Counted from the first letter of the stretch, positions 26,909 through 36,837 are shown. The stretch: DNA of 64,000 nt from an uncultured Methanosarcinaceae archaeon (GCA_963847185.1 CAWJYV010000010.1:448001-512000); one strand, 5' to 3'. Notes: a model not told the origin generated them from the sequence alone. A program made the numbers and translations.

Positions 26909-28096
26909 CTATGGCTGTGATCTCATTTTTTGAGCCAGTTCCCTGCCAATTTCTTCAACTTTTTTTAAGTCTTCTTCTTGGGCTCTGCCCTTCACCTGTA
27001 GAGTTCCTACAATCTCCATTTTCGAAGGAACCAGGATTTCTCCTGCCTGTTTCAGGGCTCCTCCGCCCCATCCGAATGACCCGAGTACGACCCCATACTT
27101 TGCCGGTGGGTTGAGAGCTTTTACCAGATAAGCACCATAAAGGGCAAGCGGGTGCATACCTGCGAGAACTGTCGGCGCCCCAAGAATAATTGCCCTTGAG
27201 TCAACCAGTTCCCTTGCGACATCCCCTATATCCGAGACTGCAAGGTCATACATTCTAACATCAATGCCTTCTTTTAGCAAAGTTTCTGCCATCGTCCGAA
27301 CCATTTCCTGGGTGGAACCCCACATACTCACATAGACAACAAGGGCTTTGTTTTCGGTTTCTCCTGCGGTCCATTTTGCATAGGGTTCAAGTATTCGCTG
27401 TGGGTTTTTGTAAATAGGTCCGTGGCTGGGGGCAATTATCTCGATATCCAGATCCTTTATTTTTTCAAGGGCTTTTGCCCCCATTTTTCCGAAAGGCATC
27501 ATAATTTCCCCGTAGTAACGTTTTGCAAGAGGAATAAGGTCTTCGAGGTCTTCATCATAGACTCCCTGAGCTGTGTGGGCTCCGAAAAAGTCACATGGGA
27601 AAAGAACTTTGTCCTCAGGCAGATATGTAAACATTGTCTCAGGCCAGTGTAGCCAGGGTGCTTCTATAAAACGAAGAGTCTTCCCACCAAGCTCAAGGCT
27701 ATCCCCTTCAGCAACGATCTTTATCCGATTTTCAGGCAATTCATGATATAGCCTGGCCATCTTTACTCCTCTTTCCGTTGTAACAAGTACTGAGTCAGGA
27801 GCCATATCCATAATATAACTAATTGCACTGGCGTGATCCGGTTCGGCATGATTCATAATAAGGTAGTCCAGTTTCTCCAGGTTAGATATCATACTTATTT
27901 TTTCTTCGAACTCCTTTTCAAAACCAGGATTCACAGTATCTATTAGGGCTGTTTTGTATTCCCCTTTTACAAGGTAAGCATTGTAACTGGTTCCTTGAGG
28001 AAGCGGAATTAACGCATCAAACATTCTGCGGCTCCAATCTTTTGATCCGACGGCAAAAACATTCTTTGAAATCTCTGGAATATGATAAGTCTTCAT
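26909..28096 (-). CDS. fprA: Flavodiiron protein (FprA, A-type flavoprotein)
   Basis: GTSYNAYL, NHAEPDH, LHWPE, CDFFG, PSHG; flavodoxin motifs YVSMWGST and GSFGWGG. Confidence 0.95.
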   Translation of the reverse strand: MKTYHIPEISKNVFAVGSKDWSRRMFDALIPLPQGTSYNAYLVKGEYKTALIDTVNPGFEKEFEEKISMISNLEKLDYLIMNHAEPDHASAISYIMDMAPDSVLVTTERGVKMARLYHELPENRIKIVAEGDSLELGGKTLRFIEAPWLHWPETMFTYLPEDKVLFPCDFFGAHTAQGVYDEDLEDLIPLAKRYYGEIMMPFGKMGAKALEKIKDLDIEIIAPSHGPIYKNPQRILEPYAKWTAGETENKALVVYVSMWGSTQEMVRTMAETLLKEGIDVRMYDLAVSDIGDVARELVDSRAIILGAPTVLAGMHPLALYGAYLVKALNPPAKYGVVLGSFGWGGGALKQAGEILVPSKMEIVGTLQVKGRAQEEDLKKVEEIGRELAQKMRSQP

Positions 28097-28321
28097 ATTT
28101 CTCCTCCGTTCTCCCTGATAGAGTAAAAGAAACAGACAGGAACTTCGACCGTTCCTATAAGTTTTAAATTATTTTACTAAATGTCTATATTGTTTTCGTG
28201 TAATATATTTATTAGGCAAAATCTTTATCTTACCTGACTTTCCTGTGAGGAAAACATAATTATTCGAATAGGTCTATCGCTTTTAAGTTACATAGTATTT
28301 TTTTTAAAAAATAAAAAAAAG

Positions 28322-28457
28322 AAAAACTTTATATAGACAGCAGTAAGTTATCACTTTCCTATTCAGGCAAGAATTCATAAAATTATCATTGACATGGCAA
28401 CCGATAAGCCTGAACAATATTCGGTATTGAAATTGAGGCTTTGAATACTCGAATATT
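28322..28457 (+). promoter_or_regulatory. BRE/TATA promoter and structured long 5' leader of the glutamine synthetase gene
   Basis: AAAAACTTTATATA at 28322-28335; stems TTCAGGC/GCCTGAA (28362-28414) and AATATTCG/CGAATATT (28416-28457). Confidence 0.55.
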
Positions 28458-28494
28458 TCATTCAAACATATTTTAATCAAAAGAAGGGATATTT

Positions 28495-30015
28495 ATGAAG
28501 ACATCAAATGTAGAACTGAATCCGAACAAACTGGTACAATACCTTAACAAGCCAGCAAGCGAATTCACTAAAGACGACATTATAAGGTTCATCAAGGAAA
28601 ACGGCATTAAGATGCTGAATTTCCGCTATGTTGGCGGCGATGGGAGGCTTAAAGCTCTCACCTTCGTGATCAGAGACGAAGAACATCTTGACAATTTACT
28701 TTCCGCTGGTGAAAGAGTAGACGGGTCAAGTCTTTTTTCATACATTGAAGCAGACACAAGTGACCTCTATGTCCTTCCGAAATACAGGACTGCCTTCGTA
28801 AATCCTTTTGAAGAGATCCCCACTCTGGACATCCTTTGTTCTTACTTTGACAAGGACGGAACCCCTCTCAAAAGTTCTTCCGAAACCGTTATGAAGAAGG
28901 CTGCCCAGGTCCTGACCGAGAAGACAGGCTATGAACTTCAGGCAATGGGCGAACTCGAGTACTATATCATCGCCAATAAAGATGAAGTCAACATGGGTTT
29001 CCCGGCCGTTGACCAGAGAGGGTATCACGAATCCAACCCCTTCACCAAATATGACCAGCTCAGGAAAGAAGCAATGATGTACATCTCCGAAGCTGGCGGA
29101 AAAATCAAGTACGGGCACTCTGAAGTAGGGAACTTCTCTGATGATAAGTATTATTACGAGCAGAACGAAATCGAATTCGAGACTGACACACTTGAAAACA
29201 GTGCCGACAGACTGATTATTGCAAAGTGGATGCTCAGGATGCTCGCCGATCAATACGGCGTAACTGTCAGTTTTGCCCCGAAGATTACTGTTGGAAAAGC
29301 CGGAAGTGGACTGCACGTTCACATGAAGCTCCTGAAGGACGGAAAGAGTGTTATGGTCGAGAACTGCAATGTTAGTGACACTGCAAAGTGTGCAATGGCA
29401 GGTCTTCTTGACATTGCAGCAGGAATCACTGCCTTTGGAAACAGAATTCCTACATCCTACCTGCGCCTTGTTCCTCACCAGGAAGCTCCAACCAATATCT
29501 GCTGGGGAGACAGGAACCGCTCTGCCCTGATCCGTGTACCTCTTGGCTGGTTCGCCGATGACTGCAGCAAAATGATAGCCCAGGTCAACCCGAACTACAA
29601 CGAGGAGTTCAGGAGCCACAGCTACAAGTCTACCTTCGAATTCCGTGCTGCAGACCCCTCAGCTGACCTTTACCTCCTCTTAGCAGCCTTTGCTGTAGGT
29701 ATCCGCCATGGCTTTGAGATGGAAAATGCCCTTGAAATTGCCGACAAGCTCTATATCAACGTGAACATCTTCAAGGACGAACATAAAGACAGACTTGCCC
29801 AGCTTGAACACCTCCCAGCTTCTTGCTACGAGTCCGCTCAGGCCCTGAAGAAATACAAGGATGTTTTCACTCAGTACGATGTCTTCACTGAAGGTATGAT
29901 TAACGACACCGCAAAACTCCTTGAAGCCTACAATGACTACCAGCTCAGTGAGAGGCTCTACGGCAAGAACGAAGAAATCAAGAAACTTGTGGACACTTAC
30001 ATCCACGTCGCCTGA
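28495..30015 (+). CDS. glnA: Glutamine synthetase family protein (GlnA2-like, 506 aa)
   Basis: DGSS, GELEYY, HSEVG, QNEIEF, AGSGLHVH, SYLRLVPHQEAP, NRSALIRVP, EFRAADPSA. Confidence 0.93.
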   Translation: MKTSNVELNPNKLVQYLNKPASEFTKDDIIRFIKENGIKMLNFRYVGGDGRLKALTFVIRDEEHLDNLLSAGERVDGSSLFSYIEADTSDLYVLPKYRTAFVNPFEEIPTLDILCSYFDKDGTPLKSSSETVMKKAAQVLTEKTGYELQAMGELEYYIIANKDEVNMGFPAVDQRGYHESNPFTKYDQLRKEAMMYISEAGGKIKYGHSEVGNFSDDKYYYEQNEIEFETDTLENSADRLIIAKWMLRMLADQYGVTVSFAPKITVGKAGSGLHVHMKLLKDGKSVMVENCNVSDTAKCAMAGLLDIAAGITAFGNRIPTSYLRLVPHQEAPTNICWGDRNRSALIRVPLGWFADDCSKMIAQVNPNYNEEFRSHSYKSTFEFRAADPSADLYLLLAAFAVGIRHGFEMENALEIADKLYINVNIFKDEHKDRLAQLEHLPASCYESAQALKKYKDVFTQYDVFTEGMINDTAKLLEAYNDYQLSERLYGKNEEIKKLVDTYIHVA

Positions 30016-30317
30016 TACCTATCAGCGATCTTAAATAAGCTTTTACTAACCGGAAAACCACACGAGGGTTCCATTCTTTTGAGTGGGACCCTGAATAATA
30101 TTTTTCGATTGTTTTTATTTTTTAAATTACTTCTCAGACTACTTTTGAACTCTAAACTTCTTCTTAACCCATTTACACTATTTTTGGTAGTTGTTTTCAT
30201 GCCTGAAATCAGGAATCTATTCTGGCTTCGGACCCATGACTGAAAACCTGCAGTTGGTTTATTTATCTTAAAGAGATGTATAGGCACGTAAAGCGAAGAA
30301 GACCCGGATGACTATAA

Positions 30318-31277
30318 ATGATGGATAAGATCAACCCCACAAAGATGCCAGAAGAATTGAAAACTGAGAAGATAAACAGTCCAGAAAAAAAGGATCATAA
30401 TTCTGAAAAAACGGAGTCAAAGGTAACAATTATCTGCTCTGCTCCTGATCTTGCAAGCCAGAATATCAAAACTCATCTTTTGAACCTCAGAGAATGGGAA
30501 CTGCTCAAGCTTCCGGAAAACTCGGAGTTCTCTGTAGCCCGAGAATCCCTGGATGGAAAGTTCAGACTTGTTGACATTGAAGAACTCCATGTTTTTCAGG
30601 ACGGACTTGATAAGAGGCTTGAAGCTACAGGGCTGCCAGCTTCCGTGATAATCTTCGCATCCAAACACAGAAGTAAAGAAGAAATAAATTCCCTTACCGT
30701 ACACTGCACAGGAAACCCTTCAGAAGAAGCAAGACTTGGGGGACGCCCTAAAACCCTTGCAGTCGCTTCTCCGGCTGCAATGAAATCCATACTCAACGAA
30801 ATGAAGCGGCTCGCTGAAGAAAAAGGCCTGAAGTATGACGTTACCCTCGAAGTAACCCACCACGGCCCGACAGAACTTTCAGTCCCATCTCTCTATGCCG
30901 AAATCGGAAGCACTGAGGTGCAGTGGAAAGACCCTGAAGCAGGAGAAGTTGCTGCAAAAGCCATTCTTGCGGTTTCTCTTGAAAAAGTGCCTGTTGCGAT
31001 CGGTTTTGGAGGCGGACATTATGCCATGCGCCAGACAGGACTTCTGCTTGAAACTGATATTTCTTTTGGACATAATTTTCCCAAATACCAGCTGGAATTT
31101 ACCGATGAGGCTTTGATCAAACAGGCAGTTGAAAAGTCAAACGCTGAATTCGCTTATTTTGACCGGAAATCCATGAAAAGTGAGGATAGAAACCGGATTT
31201 CCGAAATTCTGGAGAGATTGGGGCTTAAAGTTCTCAAAGAATCTGAAATTAGAGAGAAGTATGGGCACGAAAGTTAA
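30318..31277 (+). CDS. dtdA: D-aminoacyl-tRNA deacylase (archaeal DTD2)
   Basis: DLASQNI, FASKHRS, LTVH.TGN, EVTHHGPT, EIGS, GFGGGHYA. Confidence 0.95.
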   Translation: MMDKINPTKMPEELKTEKINSPEKKDHNSEKTESKVTIICSAPDLASQNIKTHLLNLREWELLKLPENSEFSVARESLDGKFRLVDIEELHVFQDGLDKRLEATGLPASVIIFASKHRSKEEINSLTVHCTGNPSEEARLGGRPKTLAVASPAAMKSILNEMKRLAEEKGLKYDVTLEVTHHGPTELSVPSLYAEIGSTEVQWKDPEAGEVAAKAILAVSLEKVPVAIGFGGGHYAMRQTGLLLETDISFGHNFPKYQLEFTDEALIKQAVEKSNAEFAYFDRKSMKSEDRNRISEILERLGLKVLKESEIREKYGHES

Positions 31278-31343
31278 ATGTACATCTTATTTTATTTTAA
31301 AATAAAGAAAACTCCAGAGATTTCTTAAGTAGGATAGAATATA

Positions 31344-31715
31344 ATGTTCAGGGCTTATATTGTTCCAGTTTTTCTCCGCTTTCTTTTTGGAGGAACTGCA
31401 GTTGTAGCTTCGGCAATTATTGCAAAAAATTTTGGAGGCAGGCTCGGAGGAGTCCTTGCAACTTTTCCTGTAGTGTATCTGACAGCAATTCTGAGCCTGA
31501 GTATGGATTATAAAAGCAGTGAACTGCTTTTAGCCTCAGAACAGCTTTCTAATGGAGCCTTTGTGGGAATGGCAGCTGATATCTGCTGTGCTCTTGCAGC
31601 AAGCTTCATGATTCTCAGGTATGGGTGGAAAAGAGGCCTTGCATTTGCCCTCCTCCTCTGGTCAATAGTCGCTCCGGCAATCTTTTATTTTGGGCAATTA
31701 CGCAAAAAAGGATGA
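31344..31715 (+). CDS. Small membrane protein (DUF3147-like)
   Basis: LRFLFGG.AV, GGRLGGVLATFP; four hydrophobic segments. Confidence 0.75.
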   Translation: MFRAYIVPVFLRFLFGGTAVVASAIIAKNFGGRLGGVLATFPVVYLTAILSLSMDYKSSELLLASEQLSNGAFVGMAADICCALAASFMILRYGWKRGLAFALLLWSIVAPAIFYFGQLRKKG

Positions 31716-31806
31716 ACAAGATTAAGTTACAATAAAAAACCTAGCCTCAGTCAGCAAACTAAATTATTAAGAAATAATTAATATGTTAGTAACCTGCAAA
31801 ACGAAA

Positions 31807-32316
31807 TTACTGGACGCGAATAATATTTTCAGGCTTTCGTGGGATCATAGTTACAAGGGACCCTTCCAGAGTCTGGATATACGAAAGTTCATCGATTGTC
31901 TTTTTGAAGCTCTTCAATTTGTTTCCTTCTAAAGGCCTGAACCTGGTATACTCGTCATAGTAAGCACTATCATAGACGTCAAATTTACCTGGTTGTCTTT
32001 TATGACCTATCTCCTTAGTGCAACTTTCCAGAATTCCAGCCTGTTCGGCTTCGATGAGTGCCATAAGTACATTCGTGCGCATATCAGGGTATCGCTTACC
32101 GTCTTCGAGCAGAGCAGCGTAAACACTGATAGGCCGAACCCATACATTACCTATTTTATGTAAAAAGAAAAACTTCTCGTAGATATCAATTGCCATTTCT
32201 TCCTCAACTATTTGGGATATAGACTCTGCGGGTTCTATTGCATAACCTACAGTATCCATTCTTGCAGATAGTTCTTCTATAATCTCCATATTGTTTTTCG
32301 GACGGGCTAAACGCAT
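31807..32316 (-). CDS. Hypothetical protein
   Basis: 169-codon ORF with normal composition and an upstream TATA; no recognised motif. Confidence 0.7.
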   Translation of the reverse strand: MRLARPKNNMEIIEELSARMDTVGYAIEPAESISQIVEEEMAIDIYEKFFFLHKIGNVWVRPISVYAALLEDGKRYPDMRTNVLMALIEAEQAGILESCTKEIGHKRQPGKFDVYDSAYYDEYTRFRPLEGNKLKSFKKTIDELSYIQTLEGSLVTMIPRKPENIIRVQ

Positions 32317-32546
32317 AATATCACTTAGTAAAATTATTACGAATATTATTATATAAAATTAATGTTTTTAAGTGTGATAATTAATTATAGAGGCATAATA
32401 TGACAGAAAATATTGCAAATCTATATAAAAAATAAAAAATACTCATATAAAAACAAAAGGGAAGAGAGTAAAAATAGAAGTTTGAAATTCCAAAAATCGG
32501 AAAGAAATCTCAATCAGTTTTCAGGAATTCTACTTTTTTAGATCAC

Positions 32547-32708
32547 TTATTGCTTTAATTTCATCGGCTCTCCACAGCACGTTATATTGCCAGTACAGCA
32601 GGCATCTGTAGAGCAACATGCTTCCCCACATTCGTTTACTACCTTAAGTTCGAATCCGCACCCCTCACAAATAAGAGTTTGACCTTCTTTCAATTCACTA
32701 CAGTTCAC
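32547..32708 (-). CDS. 53-aa Cys-rich desulforedoxin-like metal-binding protein (not in ORF track)
   Basis: GAGGTGA RBS then GTG; MNCSELKEGQTLICEGCGFELKVVNECGEACCSTDACCTGNITCCGEPMKLKQ with CxxC...CCGxPM. Confidence 0.85.
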   Translation of the reverse strand: MNCSELKEGQTLICEGCGFELKVVNECGEACCSTDACCTGNITCCGEPMKLKQ

Positions 32709-32942
32709 TTATGTCACCTCGATTTGCTTAATAGAAAAAATACGTAATTTAAGTTCAAACTGTTTTTGAAACAATGATTCTGAACATTATTCTTTGGACT
32801 TAAGACTGAAAAAGAAGAGGGAAAAAGCAGAGGAAGAAGAAAGAAAGAAAAAGAAAGAAGTTGAAGAAATAGGACTTCTGCCCACAGGACTTCTGCCCTT
32901 TTCTTCCTGAATCTCGAATCTCATTTAAATTTCAGTCAAATC

Positions 32943-34361
32943 TTACTCAAATTCACTTGGAGTTACCGTTTCAGACCCTGCTTTAGCCTTTAAAGAGTCT
33001 TTACGTTCTTTAAAAGTCCTGTATACTCTGAAAAGCAAGAATCCGGAAAGCATGAATGCCAGAAAGTCAGAAAGCGGAAAAGCTGCCCAGATCCCATCCA
33101 GACCGTACAGACGCGGAAGTATGATAATAAGAGGGATCAGGAAAAGGAGCTGCCGGCTAAGGGAAAGAAGAAAAGAAGGTTTCGCTTGCCCCAGAGCCTG
33201 AAATACTATTGTTGCAACAACATTAAAACCTATCAAAGGCAGCCCGAGAACCATAATTACTAAAGCACTTTTTCCAACGGTAAGATATTCAGGATCGGCA
33301 CTGAAAAGCCCGAGAAGTTGTTCTGGAAAGAGAGAAACGACAATGAGACCAAAAAGCCCGAAAGTTGTTGTTACTACGAGAGATAGTTTTACGGCTTCTA
33401 CTATTCTTCCGAACTGCTTTGCTCCATAATTGAACCCGACAATCGGCTGCAGTCCAAATGCCATACCCAGGAGAGGCAGGAAAATGAAGGAATTAATTTT
33501 CATTGCTATGCCAAAAACAGCAATTGCGACATCTCCTCCATAACTGGAAAGGGCATTATACACGAAAATCATCATAACACTTCCCGAAGCCTCCATTACA
33601 AAAGAACCTGCCCCGATAGCCCCTATTTCCTTAAGAACTCCTGGAGATAGTCTCAACGTTTCTGATTTGAAATGTACAGCTCCTTTTCCTTTAAGGTAAT
33701 ACTGAAGAAGCCAGGCTGAACCTACAGCCTGGGAGAGCACGGTTGCAATTGCAGCTCCCTGCACACCCATCCCGAAACCAAAGATAAAAACCGGATCAAG
33801 AAGGATATTAAGGCCTGCACCTAAAAGCATGGCATTCATTGCAAGGCGGGCATTCCCTTCAGCTCTGACAAGACTCTGGACCGAGATCCCAAAAACAAAA
33901 ACAATTCCTCCGGCTACTATAATCTCAAGATAATCTCTGGCGTAAGGGAGAATTCCTGGAGTCGCACCAAAGGCTTTCAGAATAGGCTCAAGAAAAAGAA
34001 GGCAGGGAATTGCAATAAGTACACTGAGAACAAGGTTCAGAGAAAAAACGTTTCCCAGGGTCCTCTCAGCTCTTTCGGAATCTCGCTCTCCAAGGGCACG
34101 CGATATTATGGAAGAGCCCCCTGTCCCGAGAACGATTCCAAAAGCCATAATTATCATCTGGATAGGAAAAGCTATCGAAAGCCCTCCTATAGCCTGGACG
34201 CTCTCTGCCCCATAAGCCCTCCCCACAAAAAAAGTATCTACAACGTTATAAAGAGCTTCCACAACCATTCCGACAATAGCCGGAGTTGAGAGTTTAAACA
34301 GGAGTTTTCTTACATCCTCTTTCCCCAGAAATTCGCTTTTTTCCTGCGTATTTTGTTCCAT
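32943..34361 (-). CDS. MATE family efflux transporter (MepA-like)
   Basis: LYNVVDTFFVG, NILLDPVFIF, GAAIATVLSQ, QPIVGFNYGAK. Confidence 0.95.
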   Translation of the reverse strand: MEQNTQEKSEFLGKEDVRKLLFKLSTPAIVGMVVEALYNVVDTFFVGRAYGAESVQAIGGLSIAFPIQMIIMAFGIVLGTGGSSIISRALGERDSERAERTLGNVFSLNLVLSVLIAIPCLLFLEPILKAFGATPGILPYARDYLEIIVAGGIVFVFGISVQSLVRAEGNARLAMNAMLLGAGLNILLDPVFIFGFGMGVQGAAIATVLSQAVGSAWLLQYYLKGKGAVHFKSETLRLSPGVLKEIGAIGAGSFVMEASGSVMMIFVYNALSSYGGDVAIAVFGIAMKINSFIFLPLLGMAFGLQPIVGFNYGAKQFGRIVEAVKLSLVVTTTFGLFGLIVVSLFPEQLLGLFSADPEYLTVGKSALVIMVLGLPLIGFNVVATIVFQALGQAKPSFLLSLSRQLLFLIPLIIILPRLYGLDGIWAAFPLSDFLAFMLSGFLLFRVYRTFKERKDSLKAKAGSETVTPSEFE

Positions 34362-34383
34362 ATTTTAATTCTCCCTGCCGTTT

Positions 34384-34851
34384 TTATTCCATATAATCCG
34401 ACCTGTCTGGACAGGTAGGCTCAAACCCTGGTTCGAAGAGTTTGCGTGCAGCCTTCTGAACAAACTGCCTGAAAATTTCTTTTTCCTCAGGAGTGAAGTC
34501 AGAAAGAAGAGTATCGACAAAGGTAATCAACTTTTCAAGTACCACACCTCTGATTTCCTTTCCTTTTTCAGTAAGGTAAATCCTGTGAGCTCTGAGGTCA
34601 CACTCATCCCTTTGCCTGTAAACATATTCCTCTCTTTCCAGACTCTGAATCGCCCTTGTACTTGTTGCTTTGCTCACTTTCAAGATCTTTGCAAGGGTTT
34701 CCTGAGAGATACCATCTTTATGGTATAAAACCATCAAAAAATCAAACTGTCTGCTTCCGATCCGGTAAGCCTCGAGTTCCTTGGCCATGTACACCAGATG
34801 ATCTCGGTATATATGGGCTATTGGGCCGCAGATTTCTCTTGGATCTTCCAG
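34384..34851 (-). CDS. MarR family transcriptional regulator (probable CTG start)
   Basis: DGISQETLA..L.VSKATSTRAI..LE...YVYR.RD..DLR...IYLTEKG; frame extends upstream of GTG 34794 (LEDPREICGPIAHIYR). Confidence 0.9.
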   Translation of the reverse strand: MEDPREICGPIAHIYRDHLVYMAKELEAYRIGSRQFDFLMVLYHKDGISQETLAKILKVSKATSTRAIQSLEREEYVYRQRDECDLRAHRIYLTEKGKEIRGVVLEKLITFVDTLLSDFTPEEKEIFRQFVQKAARKLFEPGFEPTCPDRSDYME

Positions 34852-34909
34852 ATTTATTTTCCGTTTTATGAAACGAGAAGGCCTTTTTGGAATAATGCCT
34901 AATTAAATA

Positions 34910-34978
34910 TTGTTACATGTGAAACAAATCGAGGATCCTCTAAGAAATTAATGCATATAATAGTTACGAATGAGACCA
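34910..34978. promoter_or_regulatory. Probable MarR operator pair
   Basis: Imperfect palindrome TTGTTACATGTGAAACAA (34910-34927) and a related copy TAGTTACGAATGAGACCA (34961-34978) upstream of marR-MATE. Confidence 0.5.
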
Positions 34979-35249
34979 AATCAAAACAAAATAGACTAAT
35001 TCCTCCATAAAGAAAAGAATTGCGAAATTAATAATTTAAAAAAATGTTTATAGAGCATATTGATATAATTAGCGTATGCTTGACAAAGACCTGATCCAGA
35101 ATTGGCTGGATATAGGCCTATTAATAATGCTCAGGCAGAAAAAATGAAGGAAGACCTTCAGCCTATTAAGGAAAATCCACAGTTAAGAAGTTCATTCCAA
35201 AATTTAATTCAAGCTTTTTAGAATGAGTTTCTTTAGAAAGATCCTCTCT

Positions 35250-36005
35250 TTAAAGCACATATCTCCATCCGTCCTTTTTCAGGCCTTTCCTGTGTACCTC
35301 ATAACCTGGCATGATTTCTCCGACAAGCTTCCAGAACCTTACCGAATGATTTTTCTCTTTCAAATGGCAGAGCTCATGTACCACCACGTATTCAAGCTGC
35401 TCGGGTGGAGCCATAAAAAGCTGAAAATTAATCCTCAGAATATTGTCAGCAGAACAGCTCCCCCAGCGCCTCTTTTGATACTTTACTTTAAAAACCGGAG
35501 GTGCTACCTCCAGCTTCTTTGAATAAACTCCCAAAATCCTCCCAACTCCCTCTTCAGCGCATTCGCTGTAAAAGTTCCAGAGAGCTTTTTTCACCAGAAC
35601 TGGAACCCGATCTTTAGAAGTTTTTGCAGGAATCACAACCGTAAGTTTAGAATCTTTAAAAGAAACCGTAGGTTTTTTGATATTATCCAAAAATATTATT
35701 TTCAGGGGATATTCCGTACCGAGATAAAGATAGATTTCATCCTCAGCATACTGCTTTTTTTGATCAGGCAGCCTGTTTGTCTCAAAAAACTCAAGCTTTT
35801 TACATATCCAGCCAGCCTTCAAGTGAATCATTTTCTTAACAGTTTCAGAATTTAACCCGTGAGGAGCCCGGAACTCAACTTTCATGTCCGGTCGGACAAG
35901 GATGGCTGCCCTCTTTCTCTTTTTACTATACACTATTTCATAATCTATTGTCCTGCCACACGCGATAATGCTGTCGTTTTTCCTCATCCTGGCTTCCTCA
36001 ATCAA
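35250..36005 (-). CDS. YgjP/DUF45 (M48/SprT-like) zinc metallohydrolase
   Basis: QKRRWGSCS, YVVVHELCHL.EKNHS.RFW. Confidence 0.92.
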   Translation of the reverse strand: MIEEARMRKNDSIIACGRTIDYEIVYSKKRKRAAILVRPDMKVEFRAPHGLNSETVKKMIHLKAGWICKKLEFFETNRLPDQKKQYAEDEIYLYLGTEYPLKIIFLDNIKKPTVSFKDSKLTVVIPAKTSKDRVPVLVKKALWNFYSECAEEGVGRILGVYSKKLEVAPPVFKVKYQKRRWGSCSADNILRINFQLFMAPPEQLEYVVVHELCHLKEKNHSVRFWKLVGEIMPGYEVHRKGLKKDGWRYVL

Positions 36006-36361
36006 TCCTTCATATTGGACTAACTCTACACCCAGCTTTACCTTAATCTTTTCTTTATTTTCATATCTTTAAAATCTTTATTGATCCGGAAATGCAGTAA
36101 TAGTTCAGAGAGCGGCCTTTTATATTGATTGACTCATGCAATTCCCATGGCACACAAAAAAAAGAATCCAACTTAAAGAATTAGCCCGCTGATAGAAAAG
36201 AGATATAACTTACTTATAAATGAGTCTGCTTGAACGTAGCGAAACGGACAGCAGGCTGTTGAACTGCAGTGCAACTCCCAGGAAATCTCCGATTTCCTGT
36301 GATCCCGAGTCACATAATGGGAAGCGGAATTCGAGTGCCAACTCGGTACCAAGTAGGGATT

Positions 36362-36643
36362 TTATGCATAAGCCGTATTCATATCATATGCCCGTGCGTA
36401 GTGTTCAAAGACCAGGAGAGTAAGGATGTTTGTGGCACTGTCAAAGGTATAGATTAGCACAAAGGATCCTATGTGGATTCTCCATTTTCCCTCGAATTCA
36501 GCTTCAAGGGGAAAACCTATTTCGGGCCTGTATGCCAGAAGACGCAGGTGGTGCTTTACATAATCATATTCTGACCTGTCAAATAAGTATAATTTTTGAA
36601 GGTTTTTGAGAACCAAAGGATGAAAGGATAATTTGTATGTCAT
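36362..36643 (-). CDS. RelE/ParE family toxin
   Basis: 93 aa, MTYKL.FHP...K.L.KL, G.PL..EF.G.WRIHIG.F.LIY; ATGA overlap with the upstream ORF. Confidence 0.8.
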   Translation of the reverse strand: MTYKLSFHPLVLKNLQKLYLFDRSEYDYVKHHLRLLAYRPEIGFPLEAEFEGKWRIHIGSFVLIYTFDSATNILTLLVFEHYARAYDMNTAYA

Positions 36644-36837
36644 TGCTCCACCTTTTCAAAAAACTCGTCAATTTCAAAAATAGGTAAATTGTGCTTAAAA
36701 CTATCACGTTCAGTTTTTCGAATTTGGGAGGAAAAAGAAGGTTGGAAAGCAGTCTCAGGAGGGTATTTAATTTCATTGAATTTCTTTTCAAATTCCTTTA
36801 GCTGACTCAAAATCTCAGAAAATGCCATACCCACCAA
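36640..36837 (-). CDS. Putative antitoxin (small acidic protein upstream of relE)
   Basis: 65 aa with acidic C-terminus FEIDEFFEKVEQ; translationally coupled to relE. Confidence 0.6.
   Translation of the reverse strand: MVGMAFSEILSQLKEFEKKFNEIKYPPETAFQPSFSSQIRKTERDSFKHNLPIFEIDEFFEKVEQ

Noticed and set aside
28738-29619. 293-aa antisense ORF (also 29680-30006)
   Set aside because: Shadow of the strongly codon-biased glnA on the opposite strand; no motifs or RBS.
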